Below, piece after piece: positions 38,101 through 49,090 of a stretch of 64,000 nucleotides of DNA (positions are counted from its first letter, which is position 1; each line of letters starts with the position of its first letter). Both the position numbers and the translations under genes were made by a program. Under the pieces are notes generated by a model. That model worked only from the letters and a program-made list of their open reading frames with translations, ran no database searches and had not been told where the DNA came from. The stretch is from Macrostomum lignano. Lineage: Eukaryota. The DNA lies in contig NIVC01000644.1 of the NCBI GenBank assembly GCA_002269645.1, positions 124,001 to 188,000 of the forward strand. Direction: 5' to 3'.

Positions 38101-39902
38101 AGAAATTCATATCACTCACAATGGAAGTGTCAGTACCCTCGACGTACCTTTTCTTGAATAGTTGTTCGAGTTGATTTCTGTGGAGATGTCCTAGACGATG
38201 ATGCCACAAATTGGCAGTTTCGAGCTCTGACTTTGTAGTCGTTACTGCAGCTGTAGCTAAGTTGTAATCTACATCACACTCAAGTTGATACAATCGATCA
38301 ACTAGTGTTCCAAAGCCTACTAGCTTCCCTGTTTGGTTTCGAATCCAGCACCTAGTGTGACCAAACTGAATGACATTGTTCTTAAGTGTAGCCGCACGTA
38401 CACTGAACAGATTGCAGGCTAGTCTAGGTACGAAAAGTACAGATCCAAGAACTGCGTTAGAACGCTCACCACCAGGGAGTCTCGTGACGATGTTCACTCG
38501 TCCAGTTCCGTAAGCTTGAACTGTTCGCCCGTCTCCGAGCCCTACATTTTCCGGTTCATCGAATTCAGTGTAGTCTTTTAGAGCATTCCTTTGACAGGTC
38601 ATATGTCTTGTCGCACCAGAGTCAATTATCCACCGTGCGGTTGTGTCCTGAGGACCAGTTTCTTCAGAGGTAAGAAATGTAGCGGCACTATCGGCTATCT
38701 CGTTGTCCAGGTTCGGATTCGAATGACTCGTACTTTCTGCAGCTTTAGCTTTATGCAGAGTCGATTTTGAGTTTTGCTGCCTGTTGCTCACGTTGAACCT
38801 GCACTCTCTACTGAAGTGTCCTTCCTTGCCACATGTGTAGCACTTAATTGGTCTGCGTCCCTTAAATTTGTCAACACGAAGAGCAGATTCCGAATCACGG
38901 GATTCGTATTTCATAGTTTCACTTCGTTTCATTTCTTCATTAAGCAGTGCTTGTTGAACCGTCAGCAAAGTCAGCTCCTCTTCCTTTCGGGTCTCCAGAG
39001 CCGTAACCAGATGACTGTAGCTGTCAGGTAGACTGCTAAGAAGAATCACAACCTGGTCTTCGTCAGACACAGCAGCATTAATGGACGCCAGCTTGTCAGT
39101 TAACTCCTTCAGACAGCGAATGTGCTCCTGAACTGGAGTCCCATCAGTCATCTGCAGTCTAAATAGTTTTTTCTTCAAAAACAACTTGTTGGCAGTCGAG
39201 TCACGTTCGAAATGACCACATAAAATTTGCCACATCTGCCTCGGATCATCATCGCATGTAGTCACAAGGTAGATGTACTCACTGCTGAGAGACAGAACTA
39301 TCATTGCTGCTGCTCGCTGTTGCTGTTCCTTGAATTCATTGCGTCGTGCTTCATTTGCGTCTTGCTGAAGAACATCTTCTCCGGTAGCTATGCCCCAGAG
39401 TCTTCTTGCGATTAAGCAATGTTTCATTTGGATTTTCCACGTCATCCAATTGTCCTTCGTGAGCTTCTCTATGTGCCATTTTTCTTCGCTTGCAGCCATA
39501 GCAACGTAACTGATCGACCGAGCGATCAAGTTTCCAGATGGCACGAACAACCAGATTACCAGAATGATCTAGTACATCGAAGTACTCGCAGTGGAAGCGT
39601 GCTGGGCCCATAACCTGTTGAAGTTTGCTTCTTTTAATTAAGTATATTTTATCAGTTTGAACAAAAAGAAATACACAAGATGAAAAATTGAGCAGTTTGG
39701 GGGGGGCACTTAAAGTATTAGCGTATTTGCGATATGAACTAACAACCATAGATATATCGGTACGATACTGTATTGAATATTTATTGAACTTTCTAGAAAG
39801 GGATACGCACAGCTATTTGCATTAACAATATTAATCAATATTATGTATCTGACAATTACTATATAAAGTACTAAAAGTACGAGCTATATACTATAAACAA
39901 CA
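35125..39902 (-). mobile_element. Full-length intact Ty1/Copia LTR retrotransposon
   Basis: 287-bp LTRs at 35125-35411 and 39616-39902 (TGTTG...CAACA), identical by eye; 5-bp TSD GTGTG; PBS GGTTATGGGCCCAG (Copia-type internal tRNAiMet priming) next to the 5' LTR; PPT TTAAGTGGGAG next to the 3' LTR. Confidence 0.97.
35537..39499 (-). CDS. Copia Gag-Pol polyprotein (Gag, zinc knuckle, protease, integrase, RT, RNase H), 1320 aa
   Basis: Uninterrupted ORF with CYTCGKEGHFSREC, WIIDSGAT, LWHHRLGH, VHSDICG/RTDGGGEY, YVDDL, DADWA/EAEY/EDNQG and KHIDIRYHF in Copia order (IN before RT). Confidence 0.97.
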   Translation of the reverse strand: MAASEEKWHIEKLTKDNWMTWKIQMKHCLIARRLWGIATGEDVLQQDANEARRNEFKEQQQRAAAMIVLSLSSEYIYLVTTCDDDPRQMWQILCGHFERDSTANKLFLKKKLFRLQMTDGTPVQEHIRCLKELTDKLASINAAVSDEDQVVILLSSLPDSYSHLVTALETRKEEELTLLTVQQALLNEEMKRSETMKYESRDSESALRVDKFKGRRPIKCYTCGKEGHFSRECRFNVSNRQQNSKSTLHKAKAAESTSHSNPNLDNEIADSAATFLTSEETGPQDTTARWIIDSGATRHMTCQRNALKDYTEFDEPENVGLGDGRTVQAYGTGRVNIVTRLPGGERSNAVLGSVLFVPRLACNLFSVRAATLKNNVIQFGHTRCWIRNQTGKLVGFGTLVDRLYQLECDVDYNLATAAVTTTKSELETANLWHHRLGHLHRNQLEQLFKKRYVEGTDTSIVSDMNFCEACVEGKAHRKNHKSVGEIRSSEVLQLVHSDICGPMQTQSFGGNRFFATFIDDFSRIVKVYFLKTKSEVFQKFKEFEAQVTNETEKTIKVLRTDGGGEYMSKEFSAFLLAKGIRHEISVAHTPEQNGVAERMNRTLIESARTMITHAGLSNAYWAEAINTAAYIRNRVPTNSVAPMMTPYERWCGRKPNISHLRTFGCVAYAHIPTVERQKLDKKTTKLRFVGYSDNQKGYRLFDERTRKTVVRYDVIFNEGDFGKLNDFQQNNEKINSHMEVNLDEHNSRTTPNEEIETEIQQILPTTTRQRKTPERFQYNENFEVASLSTTEPQHRAFRAMEILEPRSIDEAWSCDNAKEWKEATDSEYNSLIENDTWELVPLPEGRKTVGCKWVFKVKHDSCRNIERFKGRLVAKGYSQQPGVDYDETFSPVVRFSSIRTILAFATQREMHIHQMDVVTAFLNGHLTEEIFMDQPPGYVKCDEENLVCKLKRSLYGLKQSPRCWNKALCDYLISIGFKESGADPCVFTRKLGNMSIIAVYVDDLVMATDTMDEMQSIKEEFTRRFKMKDMGELHYCLGVTIVIDSERRFLQLHQKQYIMQLLKKFKMLEANPATTPMDSSVKLVENDGYSKFVDPKAYQSIVGSLLYAAIATRPDIAQAVGAVSKFNSKPTEAHLTAAKRILRYLKGSSDVVLKYEKSESNEIIGYSDADWASDLDSRRSVTGSVFIMAGGAVTWLSQKQTTVALSTTEAEYMALASATQEAIWLRRLVSDLGANITGSTVIKEDNQGAIAMSKNPIRHKRTKHIDIRYHFIRDAIQAGTVKLEYCPTKEMLADILTKPIPRHQFENLRSMLGIKCMDMN

Positions 39903-39949
39903 GTGTGAGTGCTTCACATTCCAGCTGCATGCTGTAGCTTTCGGGCACT

Positions 39950-40478
39950 GGCTTCACCGGGTACCGGCTTCACCGGGTACCAGCTTCACCGGGTACCGGC
40001 TTCACCGGGTACCGGCTTCACCGGGTACCGGCTTCACCGGGTACCGGCTTCACCGGGTACCGGCTTCACCGGGTACCGGCTTCACCGGGTACCGGCTTCA
40101 CCGGGTACCGGCTTCACCGGGTACCGGCTTCACCGGGTACCGGCTTCACCGGGTACCGGCTTCACCGGGTACCGGCTTCACCGGGTACCGGCTTCACCGG
40201 GTACCGGCTTCACCGGGTACCGGCTTCACCGGGTACCGGCTTCACCGGGTACCGGCTTCACCGGGTACCGGCTTCACCGGGTACCGGCTTCACCGGGTAC
40301 CGGCTTCACCGGGTACCGGCTTCACCGGGTACCGGCTTCACCGGGTACCGGCTTCACCGGGTACCGGCTTCACCGGGTACCGGCTTCACCGGGTACCGGC
40401 TTCACCGGGTACCGGCTTCACCGGGTACCGGCTTCACCGGGTACCGGCTTCACCGGGTACCGGCTTCACCGGGTACCG
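39950..40478. repeat. 16-bp CpG-rich minisatellite (GGCTTCACCGGGTACC)
   Basis: About 33 almost perfect copies, about 50 bp from the Copia 5' LTR. Confidence 0.96.
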
Positions 40479-40734
40479 AAACGAAAGCAAACGCACGGGC
40501 AGAAAATATCGGATCTTTGTCGAAAATGATTGACAAAGGAAATTTTCAGGCCTTTTGAAATGTGAAATTTAGCAGTTGGAGATTTCGAGCAGACGCCCAC
40601 GAAACAGGTCAAAAAGATAAGCCTGTTGAAGTCGAAGCTTAACGCTCGGAATTTTTTATTCTCAAATTTTAAAAAAAGAAAAATATTAAGGCAGTCTGAA
40701 GCTTCAGCTTTCGAATTGCCACGCTTACGGGGGT

Positions 40735-41245
40735 GGCCGAGATGCCAACCCTCAGGGGAGGGAATGGCCGAGATGTCAATCCTCAGGGGAGGGAATGGCC
40801 GAGATGCCAATCCTCAGGGTGTGTCCGAGATGCCAATCCTCAGGGGGTGTCTGAGATGCCAATCCTCAGGGGGTGTCTGAGATGCCAATCCTCAGGGGGT
40901 GTCTGAGATGCCAATCCTCAGGGGGTGTCCGAGATGCCAATCCTCAGGGGGTGTCTGAGATGCCAATCCTCAGGGGGTGTCTGAGATGCCAATCCTCAGG
41001 GGGTGTCCGAGATGCCAATCCTCAGGGGGTGTCTGAGATGCCAATCCTCAGGGGGTGTCCGAGATGCCAATCCTCATGGGTGGCTGAGATTCCAATCCTC
41101 AGTGGGAGAGGGTGGCCGAGATGCCAATCCTCATGGGTGGCCGAGATGCCAATCCTCAGGGAGTGTCCGAGATGCCAATCCTCATGGGTGGCCGAGATGC
41201 CAATTCTCAGGGGGTGGCCGAGATTCCAATCCTGAGGTTGGATGC
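40735..41245. repeat. 26-bp minisatellite (GAGATGCCAATCCTCAGGGGGTGTCT)
   Basis: About 19 copies. Confidence 0.92.
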
Positions 41246-42164
41246 CAACCTCAGAGGAAGGGGGTGGATGGGTGAGGGGGACTAACCATTCTGACTGTAC
41301 AAAGATTTCTACACGTACAATTTATTCGAGTAAATTTTTATTACTTCCTTTTTGTCTTCCGAACTTGGGCGAAGATTTTTCGTCTAGCTTAAATTTTCCT
41401 TTTAAATTTTCTTCGAAATGAAGATGTTTAAGCCCAACTACAAATTAAAGAGAGTAAAAAATATTTTTTAGAATTCATTTGATCATTTTTTCATTTCAAC
41501 AAATAGCTTGAATTTTTGGCTCTCGGCTTTTAATTTCGATTGAAGAACTTTTAAATATTCTAAAAATAGCAACTGACGTCACGAAAACTGCGTCCTTCAA
41601 AAACAGTGTACTTTGAATGAGTCATTGAATCTCTGGCAGCTGGCACTGATAAAACTCTTACTGATATAAGAAACTCAATGCACTTTTCAGCTATTGAAAT
41701 AAGCGGGGCTCGCCACAGAGTCGCTGCTGAATGTGGTGAAATGAGAACTCTCGATCAAAGACAGACAAATCATTTCTGAAGTCGGATTCTCAATCACACT
41801 TGCTGATAAGCGCCAATTAGCCCTTCTTGTCTCGCTCTCGCGGCCCAATTACACGCGGCAGTGTCAGACTTGTACAATTCGTATTACTTTACACGGGTCG
41901 TTTGATTCACCTTCGTTCTTCTGCGCACCTGCCACGCTGGATTCACTACCTTGATTCACAAAACTTCAGTCAGAACTTTTTAAACTCTTTTCTTTAGTGT
42001 TCGGCAGACCCGCGGCCCGGCCTAATGCGGGATTTTCTGGGATTCTAATGGGTTTCAACTCCTAGCTGAAGCTGGATGTGATTTCCCTAAGCCCCTAGTA
42101 TTTGTGTAGTATATGTGTATACAAGTTGCTCAGTAGACTATAGGGTGAACGATAATTAACTGCC

Positions 42165-42675
42165 GAACCTAACCTAACCCTCACCTAAACCCTGACACCC
42201 TTAACCTAAATTCTACAACCCTAACCTAACACCCTAACACCCTACCTTAAACCCAAACACCCTAACCTAAATCCAAACACCCTAACCTAAACCCAAACAC
42301 TCTAACCTAAACCCAAACACCCTAACCTAAACCCAAACACTCTAACCTAAACCCAAACACCCTAACTTAAACCCAAACACCCTAGCCTAAATCCAAACAC
42401 CCTAACCTAAACCCAAACACTCTAACCTAAACCCAAACACCCTAACCTAAATCCAAACACCCTAACCTAAACCCAAACACTCTAACCTAAACCCAAACAC
42501 CCTAACCTAAATCCAAACACCCTAACCTAAACCCAAACGCCCTAAACTAAACCTAAACACCCTAACCTAGATCTAACACCCTCAACTTAAACCTAAGCAC
42601 CCCAAGCTAAACTTTGACATCCTAACCTAAACCCAAACACCCTAACCTAAACCCTAACACCCTAACCTAAACCTC
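42165..42675. repeat. Telomere-like 20-bp repeat (CCCTAACCTAAACCCAAACA)
   Basis: About 25 copies built from CCCTAA/CCTAAA/CCCAAA hexamer variants. Confidence 0.88.
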
Positions 42676-43194
42676 AGGGGCGGCTTCAGCTTCAGAAACG
42701 CGCTCTTGAGATTCGCAGGTCTGAATCCGGGTCTGGGTTGGAAATCCTTCAATTCCATGAAATAAAAAAACCGTTAAAATGAAGAGTAAATTATAATTAA
42801 AAAATAAGACAAAAACATTTGAGCAATTTTCGCCGGCTGGATTTCGAATCCTACCTAATTAAGTACCCTAGCCTCTAATTAACTTACCAATAGCCTTGCA
42901 TCAAGATGTGATGATGAAATTACTGATGAAGTTACTGATTGAAAGGCCTGTTTCAATTTCGGATTGCGTTATTATTAAATTTTCAAGGCTAAACATGCAA
43001 TGCGCTGGGTTTATAGCGGGTGTTGCAGACTCAACCAACTCCTCTTCGCTTCTCGTCCTTCCTGATTTCTCTGGGAGAGCTCGATTAGATATTTGACTGC
43101 AGGACAGCCATTGGGGAGGTGGCCGGCCTCAGAATGCGCTCCGGTCGCGTTTGATTGGCTGCTGCAAGGACAGTACAGTTGGATACCTGCCCTC

Positions 43195-45640
43195 AGCTCC
43201 CTGCCTGTGCCCCCTGTCTCTGTCATCTCCCTGTTGTCCCTGCCATCTCCTTGCCTGTGCCCCGTCTCTGTCATCTCCCTGCCTGTGCCCCGTCTCTGTC
43301 ATCTCCCTGCCTGTGCCCCCTGTCTCTGTCATCTCCCTGTCCCTGTCCCTGCCATCTCCTTGCCTGTGCCCCGTCTCTGTCATCTCCCTGCCTGTGCCCC
43401 GTCTCTGTCATCTCCCTGCCTGCGCCCCCTGTCTCTGTCATCTCCCTGCCTGTGCCCCGTCTCTGTCATCTCCCTGCCTGTGCCCCGTCTCTGTCATCTC
43501 CCTGCCTGTGCCCCCTGTCTCTGTCATCTCCCTGTTGTCCCTGCCATCTCCTTGCCTGTGCCCCGTCTCTGTCATCTCCCTGCCTGTGCCCCGTCTCTGT
43601 CATCTCCCTGCCTGTGCCCCGTCTCTGTCATCTCCCTGCCTGTGCCCCCTGTCTCTGTCATCTCCCTGTTGTCCCTGCCATCTCCTTGCCTGTGCCCCGT
43701 CTCTGTCATCTCCTGCCTGTGCCCCCTGTCTCTGTCATCTCCTGCCTGTGCCCCGTCTCTGTCATCACCTGCCTGCGCCCCCTGTCTCTGTCATCACCTG
43801 TTGTCCTGCCATCTCCTGCCTGTGCCCCCTGTCTCTGTCATCACCTGCCTGCGCCCCCTGTCTCTGTCATCACCTGCCTGCGCCCCCTGTCTCTGTCATC
43901 TGCCTGTTGTCCCTGCCATCTCCTTGCCTGTGCCCCGTCTCTGTCATCACCTGCCTGCGCCCCCTGTCTCTGTCATCTGCCTGTTGTCCCTGCCATCTCC
44001 TTGCCTGTGCCCCGTCTCTGTCATCACCTGCCTGCGCCCCCTGTCTCTGTCATCACCTGCCTGCGCCCCCTGTCTCTGTCATCTGCCTGTTGTCCCTGCC
44101 ATCTCCTTGCCTGTGCCCCGTCTCTGTCATCACCTGCCTGCGCCCCCTGTCTCTGTCATCTGCCTGTTGTCCCTGCCATCTCCTTGCCTGTGCCCCGTCT
44201 CTGTCATCACCTGCCTGCGCCCCCTGTCTCTGTCATCTGCCTGTTGTCCCTGCCATCTCCTTGCCTGTGCCCCTGTCTCTGTCATCACCTGCCTGCGCCC
44301 CCTGTCTCTGTCATCACCTGCCTGCGCCCCCTGTCTCTGTCATCACCTGCCTGCGCCCCCTGTCTCTGTCATCTGCCTGTTGTCCCTGCCATCTCCTTGC
44401 CTGTGCCCCGTCTCTGTCATCACCTGCCTGCGCCCCCTGTCTCTGTCATCTGCCTGCCTGTGCCCCCTGTCTCTGTCATCTCCCTGCCCTGTGCCCCCTG
44501 TCTCTGTCATCTCCCTGCCTGCGCCCCCTGTCTCTGTCATCTCCCTGCCTGCGCCCCCTGTCTCTGTCATCACCTGCCTGTGCCCCCTGTCTCTGTCATC
44601 TCCCTGCCTGTGCCCCCTGTCTCTGTCATCTCCCTGCCTGTGCCCCCTGTCTCTGTCATCTCCCTGCCTGTGCCCCCTGTCTCTGTCATCTCCCTGCCTG
44701 TGCCCCCTGTCTCTGTCATCTCCCTGCCTGTGCCCCCTGTCTCTGTCATCTCCCTGCCCTGTGCCCCCTGTCTCTGTCATCTCCCTGCCTGTGCCCCCTG
44801 TCTCTGTCATCTCCCTGCCTGCGCCCCCTGTCTCTGTCATCACCTGCCCTGTGCCCCCTGTCTCTGTCATCTCCCTGCCTGTGCCCCCTGTCTCTGTCAT
44901 CTCCCTGCCCTGTGCCCCCTGTCTCTGTCATCTCCCTGCCTGTGCCCCCTGTCTCTGTCATCACCTGCCTGTGCCCCCTGTCTCTGTCATCTCCCTGCCT
45001 GCGCCCCCTGTCTCTGTCATCACCTGCCTGTGCCCCCTGTCTCTGTCATCACCTGCCTGTGCCCCCTGTCTCTGTCATCACCTGCCTGTGCCCCCTGTCT
45101 CTGTCATCACCTGCCTGTGCCCCCTGTCTCTGTCATCTCCCTGCCTGCGCCCCCTGTCTCTGTCATCACCTGCCTGTGCCCCCTGTCTCTGTCATCACCT
45201 GCCTGTGCCCCCTGTCTCTGTCATCACTTGCCTGTGCCCCCTGTCTCTGTCATCACCTGCCTGTGCCCCCTGTCTCTGTCACCTCCCTGCCTGTGCCCCT
45301 GTCTCTGTCATCACCTGCCTGTGCCCCCTGTCTCTGTCATCACCTGCCTGTGCCCCCTGTCTCTGTCACCTCCCTGCCTGTGCCCCCTGTCTCTGTCATC
45401 ACCTGCCTGTGCCCCCTGTCTCTGTCATCTCCCTGCCTGTGCCCCCTGTCTCTGTCACCTCCCTGCCTGTGCCCCCTGTCTCTGTCATCACCTGCCTGTG
45501 CCCCCTGTCTCTGTCACCTCCCTGCCTGTGCCCCTGTCTCTGTCACCTCCCTGCCTGTGCCCCCTGTCTCTGTCATCACCTGCCTGTGCCCCCTGTCTCT
45601 GTCACCTCCCTGCCTGTGCCCCTGTCTCTGTCATCTCACT
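43195..45640. repeat. ~30-bp minisatellite (CCCTGCCTGTGCCCCCTGTCTCTGTCATCT)
   Basis: About 80 copies with variants; the source of the >850-aa spurious ORFs. Confidence 0.95.
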
Positions 45641-46064
45641 GTTAGATGTCATGTCCCTTGCCCTTTCACCTCCTTGTCTCTGTCATCTCTATGTCACAAC
45701 CGTTTTTCCAGGGTCTCAGAGATATGTAAAGTATATTATATATATAATAATTTACATGTCGCAAACATTCGATAATCCAGCCTCTCATTTGTCTAGTTCC
45801 GTTCTCTACTTTTTCCATCCAGTTTTTGAGCAATTCAAACGCTATAAAAAATTTCTGTATTGCTTTGTGTGGCACTAGAAACAATTGAAAACCGTTTCCA
45901 AGCTAAAGTACACAGAAAAGCCGGGAGGCAGTGCTCTGCAGTGCCATATTATTTTATTTATGGCCCTCCCTTTCGCTGTTGCGGCGCAAAGCAGTTGATC
46001 AACAAAAAAACTGCAGCATTCGAAGTACCGAATTTGCTTCCAGAGGCTTTGGAGCTGAATAGGA

Positions 46065-46565
46065 AGCAGTAGACAAATTGATACCATAGACAAATTGATA
46101 CCATAGACAATTTGATACCATAGACAAATTGATACCATAGACAAATTGATAACCAGAGACAAATTGATACCATAGAAAAATTGATACCATAGACAATTTG
46201 ATACCATAGACAATTTGATACCATGGACAATTAGATACCATAGACAAATTGATACCATAGACAAATTGATACCATAGACAAATTGATACCATAGACAAAT
46301 TGATACCATAGACAATTTGATACCATAGACAAATTGATACCATAGACAATTTGATACCATAGACAAATTGATACCATAGACAAATTGATACCATAGACAA
46401 ATTGATACCATAGACAATTTGATACCATAGACAAATTGATACCATAGACAAATTGATACCATAGACAAATTGATACCATAGACAATTTGATACCATAGAC
46501 AAATTGATACCATAGACAATTTGATAACCAGAGACAAATTCATACCAGAGACAAATTCATACCAT
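46065..46565. repeat. 17-bp minisatellite (GATACCATAGACAAATT)
   Basis: About 29 copies. Confidence 0.94.
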
Positions 46566-47009
46566 TGAGTCAAATCTGAGACGTCCTGAAATCGAAGAAC
46601 TTGTCAATGGTAAAAAAGAATTCGATTGAAAAAAGACGCAACCAATTCAGGTGTGCTATTCAAAACACAATTCTGCGTGAACAGTACGCACTGTAACAGC
46701 ACCATACTCCATACTCTTGGCAGCTTCACTATGCGAGCCGTATTGATGCCACTGATGTAGAATTTCTGCGACTTCTTTAGGCACGAGGAATCGATCGCAG
46801 TTTTCTGTCCAGCACTTGTAAACGAATTCACCATATCGGCTTCGGCTGTCACGCTTCTATGCGGCTTCGAAAGTGCTGCGATCGAAAATCCCAAATTTTT
46901 CTGCTTTTAGGAGAAAGCCAATGTGACTTGTGAAGCGTTTGCGTCTCTTCTTGCTGCTGATGAATTATTCAGCCCTGATCTTACTGGGGAGTTCACCCTC
47001 TGCCAGCTC

Positions 47010-47376
<367 letters not shown>

Positions 47377-48099
47377 GAGAACCCACTGCTTTAACTTGCT
47401 CGCTCGAAACAAAAGACGACAAAAGGTTTTCATTATTTAGTAGATGAGCTTTCCAGTTGAGAAATTTGCGAACCGACTGAGTCAGTTTGAGATAAAGATT
47501 GATGCTAGATTGCAACACTGCTCTGAAAATATAGGGAACTGTGCATTCTGAGCTTTCAAAATCCGTCCAGGTCATTAGTCACCTGCTTGCAAAATGACAG
47601 AGTAAGGAGACGGAGGGATGCAGAGAATGCTGGGCAACGCTGAGTGAAAATCAGATCTGAGCACATAATTTTCTCCAGTCTTCCTGTTTGAGAGCGGGGC
47701 CTGATAAATATTTAAAATTCTGTTCAAGCGCCACCCATCAACTCCAGGGCAGTTGGGACTCGAATATTCAATCAAGCAACTCTGCACGTTTGAGCCGTAT
47801 GCACTTTTAGATGTTCGCAATTACTTTTTTGGGATTCTACCGTTAGTTTATGATGCTCTTATACCTTTCTTCATGAGGGTAGCAGCTCTCATCGATTTCT
47901 TAGCAAAGTTTGACTGTGCCAGCCCCCACCGGAAGTTGATAAGATATTACGGCTGTCGATTTCCTGTTTTGGTGATCTTTTCAAAGAGTTGGTATCTATA
48001 AGTGACTGAGGGTCGACTGGCAGGTAAAAGGGGATTGAGATTTTGGTTTACTTAGACACGACGAAAAACCAACACTGAACTGTTTTTAGAATCAGATTT

Positions 48100-48850
48100 G
48101 ACCATGAGAAATGCTCGCTGTCATGAAAAATCGGCTGTGTCCATGAGAAATGCTCGCTACATCATAAAGAATCGGCTGTGTCCATGAGAAATGCTCGCTA
48201 CGTCATGCAGGATCGGCTGTGTCCATGAGAAATGCTCGCTACGTCATGCAGAATCGGCTGTGTCCATGAGAAATGCTCGCTACGTCATGCAGAATCGGCT
48301 GTGTCGATGAGAAATGCTCGCTACGTCATGCAGAATCGGCTGTGTCCATGAGAAATGCTCGCTGTCATGAAAAATCGGCTGTGTCCATGAGAAATGCTCG
48401 CTGTCATGAAAAATCGGCTGTGTCCATGAGAAATGCTCGCTACATCATAAAGAATCGGCTGTGTCCATGAGAAATGCTCGCTACGTCATGCAGAATCGGC
48501 TGTGTCCATGAGAAATGCTCGCTACGTCATGCAGGATCGGCTGTGTCCATGAGAAATGCTCGCTACGTCATGCAGGATCGGCTGTGTCCATGAGAAATGC
48601 TCGCTACGTCATGCAGAATCGGCTGTGTCCATGAGAAAGGCTCGCTACGTCATGCAGAATCGGCTGTGTCCATGAGAAATGCTCGCTACGTCATGCAGAA
48701 TCGGCTGTGTCGATGAGAAATGCTCGCTACATCATAAAGAATCGGCTGTGTCCATGAGAAATGCTCGATACATCATAAAGAATCGGCTGTGTCCATGAGA
48801 AATGCTCGCTACATCATAAAGAATCGGCTGTGTCCATGAGAAATGCTCGT
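48100..48850. repeat. 41-bp minisatellite (CCATGAGAAATGCTCGCTACGTCATGCAGAATCGGCTGTGT)
   Basis: About 18 copies, with 39-bp variants. Confidence 0.94.
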
Positions 48851-48928
48851 GTAAGCACCTAAGAAGGCAACAATGGTTTACAACTTATTCTATACTATAC
48901 CGAACTATGCATTCCCATCCCCTTGTAA

Positions 48929-49090
48929 GGGGTTGTAGCCTAGTGGTTAAGAGCGTCGGACTCACGACTGAAAGGTCAGGGGTTCGATTCTCGATCCAAT
49001 CGGAACAATTTGTATCCTTGAGCAAGACACTTAACTCTGCATTGCTTCAGTTCACACCGGTTCAAACTCAGATTGCCTCTCAGTGACACT
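48929..49090 (+). mobile_element. tRNA-headed SINE fragment with Nin/Deu-like conserved core
   Basis: A box TAGCCTAGTGG and B box GGTTCGATTCT, followed by TGTATCCTTGAGCAAGACACTTAACTCTGCATTGCTTCAGTTCACACC (49011-49058), which resembles the Deu/Nin SINE core as I recall it. Confidence 0.7.

Noticed and set aside
41574-41581. Perfect CRE palindrome TGACGTCA
   Set aside because: About one occurrence is expected by chance in 64 kb, and no gene start is associated with it.
43093-45878. 850-907-aa Cys-rich ORFs resembling keratin-associated or metallothionein-like proteins
   Set aside because: All three frames are open over a minisatellite with frequent indels, so there is no frame constraint.
48929-48998. 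Possible tRNA gene
   Set aside because: A and B boxes are present but I could not form a convincing acceptor stem, and it runs into a SINE core; treated as a SINE head.
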